DNA of 64,000 nucleotides, from the NCBI RefSeq assembly GCF_006345805.1, contig NC_043003.1, forward strand, positions 35,960,001 to 36,024,000, read 5' to 3'. The notes below the pieces were generated by a model. It did not search any database and was not told the DNA's origin. It worked only from the letters and a program-made list of their open reading frames with translations. Numbering within the stretch: the first letter of the stretch is position 1; each line of letters begins with the position of its first letter. Shown in pieces: positions 36,962 through 46,791 of the stretch. The translations under genes and the position numbers were made by a program. The stretch comes from Octopus sinensis (lineage: Eukaryota).

Positions 36962-39017
36962 TCTTATATATAAATGGCAATATATGTCTGTCTGTGTGTT
37001 CCCATCTTGGTACATAAACCAGCAAACCAATCTTCACTAAGCTTTCCATTTATGTTGATCTACCATTCAGTACAATTATACGCTAATAGGATTTTAACAC
37101 AAATCGATAAGGATCCACCTATGTGGGTTGGGCTATTATATTGTAAAATGAGAAGTGTGCAAAAACTTCAGAAGGTTGTGAGAAATGTGGCGTCATAATG
37201 AGGGTGGCTGATATCAGGGATGGAGGGGAGACAGGAATGAACAGAGTCACAGGGAACTGAAACAACCAATACTATAGATGATGTCTTTCATTGTCTTCCA
37301 TAGATGAATGTCCATTGAGGGAAATATGGTGGTATAATGAGAGTACCTGATATCAGGGAAGGAGAGGACACAGGAAGAGACAGAGAAACAGGGAATGTAA
37401 GAGACAGTCAGAGACAATGAGAGACAGGGAAAGAGCGGGAGAGAGAGAGAGAGAGTGTGTGTGTTTGTGTGTGTTTATAAAGAGAAGAGCGAATTTTAAT
37501 ACTTTGTACTTCCATTTTACATATCACGCAACGCATACGCTTTAGTGAATTAATTATCGTATGCTCAGTAAAAACTTACAATATCTCCAACAATAGATGT
37601 CAAACTAACAAGTGAAAAGTAAAGAGGTTTTGTATTTGTCTTCAAATCACCTTATTAAGATTTATGAAAACTGTACCAACGTACTGAAACAATAACACTA
37701 TATATAATGTCTTACATTTTCTTCCATAAATGAATAGCTTGTCGTTGTCGGGCAACTTTTACAATAGAATAATGTATTTTATAAATTTTGGTTTATTCCA
37801 TGTCAGACCAAGCCCCCCCCCCACCTCCGACAGGTAGGCCTCTTGATCAGGACATATTTGTGCAACTTTTCGCAAAAAATTTCCTTGACGCACTTTATCC
37901 TCTTTTAACTATTTACATGTTTGTTCAACCGTTTCCTATGAATTTATTCATTAAAAACTTCAGAAGTTCTTACAACTTTGATCGTCGTAATGCTTTACTT
38001 TCCTTTGTTTAATAATAATTCCTCATCTGAATGATTTTGCTTTCATTTTGTGATAGACAGCTACGTGCAGAAAATGCCATCTTCCAAATCATGTTTTCTG
38101 ATTAGGTAAAATTGATTAAACTTTAAACCCCAGTATCAGGGAAGGGGAGGAGATAAGAAGAGATAGAGAGACAGGGAATGTGAGAGACAGACAGAGAGAA
38201 CGAGAGACAGACAGAGCGGGAGATAGAGAATGTGTTTACTGAAGGGTAGAGCGAATTTTAATACTCTTTTACTCTTACCTATCACTTACGCACTTCTCCT
38301 ACCTCACAACTTGCACCTCAAGATTGGGGCACCAGTGTTGCTTTTAAGAAAGCTGGACTCACCCAAGCTTTGCAATGGCACACGACTTACAATCAACACG
38401 ATGATGCCAAAAGTTTTAGAGGCGACAATTCTCACTGGCAAAGCAAGTGATGAAGTTCTCTTCGTACAACGAATTCCTTCTGACATATTGTTCCTGATTC
38501 CTTCTGACATTAATTGAGATCAAGCGATTGCAATTTCCGTTAAAACTGAGTTTTGCAATGGCCATAAAGAAGGCCCAGGGACGAATCTTGGAGCTGGTAG
38601 TCCTAAACCTGGCAGAACATGTTTCTTCCCATGGCCAACTGTATGTACGATGCGCAAGAGTTGACAAACCAAATCCTTTGTTTATTTATGTCCCACAGGG
38701 CATGACCAAAAATTTAGTGAATCAAGAGGCTCTGCAAAACTGACAATAATCAATCTTCAATCGTCTCATAGTCGCACATCGCTAATCCTCTCATCCTTCC
38801 AGCCATCCACCAATTCAACTTTGATATTACCTTACCATTACAGTCAATCACATTTATGATTCAACTGTATTACTTGCCCGTATTTATAAATCTATCCCAC
38901 GTCACCTTGTAATTGTAAATCTATTTATAATTTAAAGGGAACTGAACAGGGAATAGGATAGGATATGAAACAATGTAATGGGAACGAAATATTCTCCGTT
39001 TTTCTGGGTATTAGTTA
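36962..39017 (+). mobile_element. internally deleted Helitron, about 2.05 kb
   Basis: 5' A|TCTTATATATAAATGGC..TGTCTGTCTGTGTG terminus; helicase remnant inside; degraded 3' end (GGGTATTAGTTAG), so the right boundary is tentative. Confidence 0.65.
38275..38740 (+). pseudogene. Helitron PIF1-like (SF1) helicase C-terminal fragment
   Basis: LPHNLHLKIGAPVLLLRKLDSPKLCNGTRL, QFPLKLSFAMAIKKAQG, HGQLYVRCARV; broken by a stop and a short duplication. Confidence 0.93.
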
Positions 39018-39029
39018 GAACACACAGAG

Positions 39030-39235
39030 ACACAGACACAGACACACAGACACAGACACAGACACACATATATACGACAGGCTTCTTTCAGTTTCCATCT
39101 AGCAAACCACTGACAAGGCTTTGGTGAGCCCGAGGCTATATTAGGAGACACTTGCCCAAAGTGCCACGCAATGAAACTGAACTCTGAGCCATGTGGCTGG
39201 GAAGCAAGCTTCTTATCACCCACCCACGCCTGCGA
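39030..39235 (-). mobile_element. SINE family A, head half
   Basis: Reverse complement of head and CORE-like block. Confidence 0.85.
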
Positions 39236-39246
39236 CTATATATATA

Positions 39247-39299
<53 letters not shown>

Positions 39300-39395
39300 T
39301 TGTCATCAAAAAAGGGGGTAGAATTAATTAATTTTTATAAATTCGACCAAGCAGTATTCGGTTGTAAAGACCATTTACGGTGTATTGTTGAAGTA

Positions 39396-39597
39396 TTAAT
39401 TTATAAAAATATGTAAAGTAAAAAATTCAACTTTACCACACACCGAACTTTTCAGAAATAGCAGCCAAAAATATGGCTATTTCTTCAACTGAGACTTTTA
39501 TTTGCAGTTGAAGAAATAGCCATATTTTTGGCTGCTATTTCTGAAAAGTTCGGTGTGTGGTAAAGTGATTTTTTCTTTACCATATTTTTATAAATTA

Positions 39598-39598
<1 letters not shown>
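39396..39598. repeat. fold-back inverted repeat (perfect 62-bp inner arms, about 96-bp total arms), P2 family
   Basis: 39430-39491 is the exact reverse complement of 39505-39566 with a 13-nt spacer; the same sequence family appears at 63875-64000. Confidence 0.95.
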
Positions 39599-39639
<41 letters not shown>

Positions 39640-39659
39640 CAGCCCTCGTATGTACATAT

Positions 39660-39875
39660 TCTTTTAACTTGCTTCATCATGTGATTGCGGCCATGCAGGT
39701 GCACCGCCATGAAAGGGTATTGTAATCGAAGAAATCGACTGGTGGACTTATTCTTTGCTAGTCTATTACTTATTCTGTTGGTCTCTTATGACGAAGAGCA
39801 AATTTACGGGGACGTAAGCAAACCAAAATCGGTTATCAAGCGATAATAGGTGACAAACACAGGCACAAAAGACAC
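39660..39875 (-). mobile_element. SINE family A tail half, diverged
   Basis: GCGGCCATGC.GG.GCACCGCC, TACGGGGACGTAA, GTTATCAAGCGAT blocks. Confidence 0.75.
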
Positions 39876-39890
39876 ACATAAACATATATG

Positions 39891-40838
39891 CAGGGGTCGG
39901 CCAAAATAATGGAAACACCAAGCATCATAGCATCATAATTTTGAAATATCTATCAAACCGTCAAAAGCTTGTTTATTTTTGTTTCTTCATTTATTATTAG
40001 TGTTGCTTAATATGTTTTGCTAAAATTGTTGTTTCTTTTCAGATATTATCCGAAAAGAGGTAAATAAAATTCATTAAAATGACAGCTTAACGACCACCGC
40101 GAGAACCCAGTTTCCATAAAAACTGCTCGCCGGGAGCTGCACAAAGCCGGATTTCACGAGAGGGCTGCAATCAGATAACCACTACATTCAAAAACAAATG
40201 TTGCAAAGCGTTTAGAGAAAAAACCTACAGAATTGGTCCCTAAAGCAATGGCAGAATGCTATTTTCTCGGATGAGTCAACCTTTACCTTATTTCCGACCA
40301 CCGAAAGAGTATACGTGTAGAGATAGCCAAAAGAAGCATTTGACCCAGACTGCTTTCCTCCAACTGTTAAACATCGAGGCGGATCTGTGATGATCTGAGG
40401 GCTATATCTTAAAAAAATCCGCCGGCCAATGTTTTCTCTTCATTGTAGAATTAATAGTGAAGACTGTTTACGCATTTTATCTGATCGAATTCAGCCTATG
40501 GTTGCGGAACTCTTTCCGGAGGGAAACGCAATCTTCAAGATGATAATGCACTAATTCACACTGCTAAAGTTGTTACTGAATGACACGTGGAACATTCTAG
40601 TGAAGTTGAAATCTTATCTGGCCACCATAGTCCCCAGATCTCAACATTACTGAACATTTATGGTGTATTTTAGAAAAAGAAGTAAGGAGCCAATATTCAC
40701 CACCATATCACTACAAGAACTGGAGACTGTTTTAGCTGAAAAATGGACAAGCTGTAATTACGGCCAAAAGCGGTCCTGTTCCATACTAAAATAATTTTTT
40801 TTGAAATTTTAAGGTGCTTCCATTATGTTTTCAAACTA

Positions 40839-40841
<3 letters not shown>
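39891..40841 (+). mobile_element. Tc1-family (DD34E-type) DNA transposon, decayed and internally deleted
   Basis: TIRs CAG..AAAATAATGGAAACACC and GGTGCTTCCATTATGTT..CTG; TA right flank (left TG); IFSDES, TVKHRGGSVMI, frameshifted FQDDNA, SPDLNITEHLW. Confidence 0.93.
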
Positions 40842-40900
<59 letters not shown>

Positions 40901-41540
40901 GTTGGGCTTCCTTTAGTTTCCGTCTACGAAATCACTCACACGTCTTAGTTGGCTCGAGGGAATAGTAGAAAACATTTGCCAAAATACCACAGTGGAACTG
41001 AACGCGGAACCATATGGTTGCGGAGCAAACTTCTTACCTCACAGCCACGCCCGCACAATACGTACATATATTCTTACATACACACAGACACAGGTATCAA
41101 AAGTGAAGAGCAGCATTATATCTAGAAGTTTTATGTCAAGAAGCAAAATGTCATTTGATGCATTTGAATTTATCAATCTAGTATTTAGGAGACATGCTTC
41201 GAGCAGTTAACTGCTTTGGGCATAGTACCACTGATTAAGACCTGGGTAGATAAAACGGCTTAATGAGCAGAGGGATTCTTTACTTTTTAGACGTGTGTAA
41301 GTGTGTATACATACATAAACACCCACGTACGCGCGTGTGTGGGTGTGTGTTTATGTATGTGCCACATTCGTCAGCCATTGCTCAAACGTAGATCGAAGAA
41401 CTGCAAATACATTAGCAGAAAAAATTTTATCAGAGCACTGACTTCTATTAAAAGGTATTATCTCGTATCTGTGGTGCTTAGTTTTCGTTGTAAATGTTCT
41501 TTCTTAATGTTTGTATTTGTGCCTGCAAGTATATTCAAGT

Positions 41541-41607
<67 letters not shown>

Positions 41608-41728
41608 GTACATATATATGTATTGTGTTTGTGTTGTATAAGATACATATGCAATAATAATAATATAATAATAATAATAATAACAACAACACAACAACAA
41701 CATATGATACAATAATAATAATAATAAC

Positions 41729-41792
<64 letters not shown>

Positions 41793-41899
41793 TAATAATA
41801 ATAATGTGTGTGTGCGTGCGTGCGTATAAGTGTGTGTGTGTGTGTTCGAATAAAGATTGACTGTTCAGTATCGCATTGGTGGGAAGAATAATTTGTGTA

Positions 41900-42300
41900 T
41901 TAAGGCTACCATTGTTTTCAATATCTAAATATCTTTACAACCTTTTCAAGCTGACCACAAGGAGAAATGGTGTTCGTCTCCATCTTGGAGGAAAAGACAA
42001 AGTTTTGTGAATTTGCAGAAAGTCTCGTAAAGTAAGCAATAAATCAAGGAGCGATACTCTTGGATGACATCTTTTGAGTTTGTTATCTGCTTTGGATTTG
42101 ACTTTCGGGAAAACAGTCTAGTTGGATGGTAAATTTGTTTGCATTACACTTATATTCTGGGTATGTGTAATGTTTCTATGTTTGTATGCTGAGGTAGCTT
42201 GTCAACGGCGAATATTTCTTCTATATGTGCAATTTAAATGTTGTGTATATCAAATCTTCACGTTCAGGAATAAAAACTCTACTCTTGGGGTTGACGGCAT
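41900..42300 (-). mobile_element. possible decayed LINE C-terminal region
   Basis: KLCLFLQDGDEHHF resembles the C..C..GDE.H zinc-knuckle region of LINE ORF2. Confidence 0.3.
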
Positions 42301-42409
42301 GGATGGTGCTTCCCTTTTTCTTGAGTATGCAGGGAGAGAAAGTTTTATCTCTAATATTTAGAATGTCATCTATTGACTGTATGATACGTGGATTTTCAGT
42401 GATTCGAAT

Positions 42410-42542
42410 TTCATACTTTGTACTCTGTGTTTTCTGGGTTTAGCAATGATATTCCATTTCATCTGGGTTTTTTTTTATTTTTCCATATTTCAATGACCAT
42501 ATCACTTTGGATAGAGATGTTGCGTGTCTTATATTTTGTCAT

Positions 42543-42590
<48 letters not shown>

Positions 42591-42597
42591 TTGTCAT

Positions 42598-42652
<55 letters not shown>

Positions 42653-42785
42653 AATGACAAAAATATAAGACACGCAACATCTCTATCCAAGTGATATGGT
42701 CATTGAAATATGGAAAAATAAATAACCCCCAGTTAAAATGGAATATCATTGCTAAAGCCAGAAAACACAGAGTACTAAGTATGAA
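42410..42785. repeat. about 130-bp inverted repeat centred on (TA)n
   Basis: 42410-42543 pairs with 42653-42785 with few mismatches; a partial extra TTTTGTCATTATTATA copy lies at about 42588. Confidence 0.93.
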
Positions 42786-42882
42786 TCTAGCATAGAATTT
42801 TGTAGACAGTAATGGCGTCAATATCAGATTCAACTTTATATTTCTAAAAGACAGAATGGTCACAAATTCTGTAAGTGCCATC

Positions 42883-42925
<43 letters not shown>

Positions 42926-43965
42926 GACTAAAGAACACTGTGTATTTAAACAGAAACATGACTGAATTTACTGGAGCAGCAACTCATAAGCAAACCCTCT
43001 TTGAGCCTTGTCGACGAAATGAACCTACTTTCAATGGTGTACATAAGCTACAACACAACTATTTTAATTTCATGCTGCTTCAACTGCAGACACCCAATTT
43101 AGATGTTACAAGTATTGCTACCGATATAGCAGGGTTTTTCTCTGCCCACCCCCAATCAAATTCTATGTCCAACATAGCTTTATAAGTTTCCTCATTGCAG
43201 ATGGCGATTCTCAATCATCTTGAGTAAGGATTCTAAAGATAACAAATCCACACAAAAAATTCATGGTTTAAAGAATATAAAGAAAAAAATGTCCATCTTA
43301 ATACATAGATATTATTTCAGCTACTGTTTCCATCATGGCAGAATTCCAGGCCCAATATAATGTGGGTCACACCATATTAACTCACTCCCTGCCACTTGTA
43401 ACCTCCCTTTGAACCTCTTACACCCAGACTATCAGTTGCTATTTCATCTCATCTTTTACAAAGGATTCTTCTGGCCAAAACAAAGCTTTCCTTCTTCGTT
43501 CTGGGATCTAGTTTCCTTGTTAATAACATTACTTGTGTAATTAAAACAATGCTCATTGCATCAAATGTCACTCAAATGCAGCTGGTAGAAGCAGTTGCAT
43601 CATTGGTTCATCAGAATAGTATTGAGGATTCTAAATGCAAGAATGATTAGGGAAACTGACAATGCTAAGTCACCTGTATACACACACTGAAACACATGCA
43701 CATCGCACACACACGCACGCATGCACTTTTAAATGTCACATGCACCCAGACTAAAATGAGAGATACTAATTCGCAGTGATATATGTATGAATGTACACAA
43801 ATAAAAAAGAAATCGTCTAAAAGTCAAGTTGTATACAAATTTGATCAACTACAGCTTAGGTATTTTTGTCCAAACACAAATAATAACATATAGCTATTAT
43901 AACTTGCAGTAGTTCATGAGACTACATGTTTCCATCATGACATAAATAAAAAATCTACAAAAAAT

Positions 43966-44121
43966 ATATAAATGCATTATTTACATTATTTACATTCGAT
44001 GTCCTCATCTTGTTTTTTGTTAACACAACGCTTCAGCTGATATACCCTCCAGCCTTCATTTCGAACTTGGGTTCTCATTCCTCAGGTATTTTCGATGTTA
44101 TTTTTGTTGTTGTTGTTGTTG

Positions 44122-44217
<96 letters not shown>

Positions 44218-44291
44218 GGGTCACTGCCTGGAATCGAACTCGGGATCTTGGGGTAAGTAACCCGCGATCTTATCTACTACGTCATATGCCC
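43966..44291 (-). mobile_element. SINE family F, full length: tRNA head + (AAT)n + hammerhead-derived tail (core deleted in this copy)
   Basis: Head GGGCATATGACGTAGTAG..GAGTTCGATTCCAGGCAGTGACCCG (A/B boxes), (AAT)n, then GAAGGCTGGAGGGTATATCAGCTGAAGCGTTGTGTT. Confidence 0.8.
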
Positions 44292-44305
44292 AGGAAGTGA
44301 CCTGA

Positions 44306-44348
<43 letters not shown>

Positions 44349-44545
44349 TAGCATCGAAAAATACCTAAGGAATGAGAACCCAGATTCGAAATTTCCCCCA
44401 GACACCCGATGAAGGCTGGAGAGTATATGAGCCGAAACGTTGTTTTAACAACGAAGATGAGGACAAATATCCATCAAATGTAAATAATGTAATTAATGTA
44501 AATAATGTACATAATTCCAAATTTCTTTAAAATAGAACTGTAGTA
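44291..44545 (+). mobile_element. SINE family F, 5'-truncated inverted partner
   Basis: Starts CAGGAAGTGACCTG (last 14 nt of the head), then (AAT)n, hammerhead region and AATGTAAAT tail. Confidence 0.8.
44401..44446 (+). ncRNA. minimal type I hammerhead ribozyme (U4C core, extra A after A9)
   Basis: Stem I GACAC/GTTTT (one mismatch; GTGTT in the sister copy), core CCGATGA, stem II GGCT..AGCC, GAAAC, loopless palindromic stem III ACGT, predicted GUU cleavage after 44441. Confidence 0.7.
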
Positions 44546-44554
44546 TATAAATAA

Positions 44555-45047
44555 CTAGCAGTATCGCCCGGCGTTGCTCGGATTTGTAAGGGAAATAACT
44601 ATAAGCATTTTTAGAGAGTTACTTCCCTTATAGATACCAATTCGGGCTTTCTTAGCCATTTCTGTTTTGGTGTCTTCAAGCCATGAAGTCGTTGTTCTAA
44701 AAGAACGCTGGTCTCCTTGACAACGCTTTACGACGTTGATTTCCTTTCACTCCCTTCCCCACAGCTTCACGAGGGAGGGAAGAAGGGGGAGAAGCAACAC
44801 AGGTGCAGGTGTGACCATGGACGCCAACTCCGCCGCCATCGACACACGAAAAAATATGGATTAAAATGGAATAAATTATGATGTTAAATTATTTTTAAAA
44901 TCGTAGACTCATCGTAGACGCGCGCTAATACGCAGACGGGCTCGATATGAATCACGACTATAAGATACCCGAATTTGGTTAAACTGCACCGCAACATGTG
45001 GGAGTAGTTAGGAATCTAAATCGTAGGAGACAGACACTCACACAACT
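44555..45047 (-). mobile_element. non-autonomous Helitron, sister of 4120-4515, 5' terminus missing
   Basis: Same 3' CTAG and hairpin; shared 5' body (AAAATCGTAGACTCATCGTAGA..GGAGACAGACAC); different internal indels. Confidence 0.85.
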
Positions 45048-45124
45048 ACAGAATTATTTTCTACTTCTTACTCAAAGGACGTTCAAGCATCAGTAGGGCA
45101 AATTTTCAATGTAATGGAAAAGTT

Positions 45125-45162
<38 letters not shown>

Positions 45163-45166
<4 letters not shown>

Positions 45167-45285
45167 CGTGATCACCGTGACCGACCAGGCTATCAGATTT
45201 TGCTACACATCGATGGTCACAATGCGCTTCGCATTGTTTTAGCCTTCAAATGACGCCACCACGCTGGGTAAGCGTGCAGACCAAT
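45163..45285 (-). mobile_element. SINE family C, 3' part
   Basis: Reverse complement of about 3085-3200. Confidence 0.85.
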
Positions 45286-45317
45286 ATATATATATATATA
45301 TTATACTTATATGTATA

Positions 45318-45835
45318 TAGGCGTAGGTGTGGCTGTGTGGTAAGTAGCTTGCTTACGAACCACATGGCTCTGGGTTCAGTCCCATATTGGGCAAGTGTCT
45401 TCTACTAAAGTCTCGAACCGACCAAAGCCTTGTGAGTGGATTTGGTAGACGGAAAGTGTATAAGTTTGTGTGTCTGTGTTTCCCTCCCCCCAACATCGCA
45501 TGACAACCGATGCTGCTGTGTTTAAAGATACCGATAGAATAAGTACTAGGCTTACAAAGAATAAGTTCTGGGGTTGAATTGCTCGATCAAAGGCGGTGCT
45601 CCAGCATGGCCACATTCAACTGACTGAAACGAGTAAAAGAGTAAAAAAAAAAGTATATAATGTATATCCATATATATTCTTTTATTTCTTTCTGTCATTT
45701 GACTGCGCCCATGCTGGAGCACCGCCTTTAATTCGAACAAATCGACCACAGGACTATTCTTTGTAAGCCTAGTACTAATTCTATCGGACTGTTTTTTGCC
45801 GAACCGCTAAGTTATGGGGACGTAAACAAACACAC
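45318..45835. mobile_element. tail-to-tail pair of SINE A copies (+ 45318-45650; - 45678-45835)
   Basis: The tail block GGCGGTGCTCCAGCATGG..TGAC is followed about 40 nt later by its reverse complement. Confidence 0.85.
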
Positions 45836-45843
45836 ATATACAT

Positions 45844-45884
<41 letters not shown>

Positions 45885-45987
45885 ATATTGCCACATATAT
45901 GTATGTATGTATGTGTGTATGTACGTATGCAGGAGTTTAAATGTTGAAGATAAGGAATTTTTGATAAAATTAAATGCGATTCATCAG

Positions 45988-46020
45988 AGATTGTGATTCA
46001 ACAGAACTATAGAGGGAATT
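45988..46020 (+). CDS. candidate penultimate exon (E)IVIQQNYRGN; acceptor uncertain (alternatives 45955, 46005)
   Basis: Consensus donor AATT|GTAAGT at 46021; frame open from 45954; phase matches the exon at 46727. Confidence 0.35.
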
Positions 46021-46726
46021 GTAAGTTAATAAAGTTCTAAAGTAGCATATTAAGAACAAACGACAAATTTAGTTTTATCATACAAAATACTATGGAACTT
46101 AGAGAAACTGAAAAATATCATCGCTTGTAATAACATTGTGTTTACAAGATAACATCAGTAATCAAAAGAAAATTAAAAGTTAACACTAGACTGGTACTTA
46201 TTGAGTTATATTTATTTTATGTATGGATATTCATTTCATATATGTTGTTGTAATTGACTAAATTATAGTAATGTTGATAAAATCCATAAAATAATGATAA
46301 AACTGGCTTAATTGTATATCAATAATAATATTAATATGAACTGGTAGATGAAATTATCTGAAGGAAGTGAGTCTGGAAGTCACAAAGCTAAATTTTGTAC
46401 ACTTCTAAAGATAAGAGTCTCATTATGTTACGAAGCTAATGCTCTCTTCTAAGCTCATTATATTAAATTAAATATTAACAGGTACTGACAAAAACTGATT
46501 GTATTATAAATAAATACATAGCATAAAATGTAGGAGAAAAACTAATAATCGTCTCTAATGTTTAAGCGACAGGAAATTAAACTGACTTGAGGCTGAAAGA
46601 GTTGCAGTTCGGAGTAATAGACCCTTACGGTGCATGAAATACAAATTTGAGTCAAATATAACATTCTGTTTGTGTTCGTTGTACTCTGAGGAAACTATAT
46701 TAATGAACAACTATTTTTTCCTTCAG

Positions 46727-46791
46727 GTTGCGATTATTTAAACAAAGGAGTTGAAAAATGCAAGACGTACTACGATGTAGAAGAAGACTAA
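46727..46791 (+). CDS. candidate terminal exon (C)CDYLNKGVEKCKTYYDVEED*
   Basis: Strong acceptor CTATTTTTTCCTTCAG|G, only one frame is substantially open, tandem stops TAA TAG, AATAAA at 46949-46954. Confidence 0.4.

Noticed and set aside
41951-42031. 81-nt + strand exon candidate
   Set aside because: Stops occur in all three frames, and the opposite strand resembles a LINE remnant.
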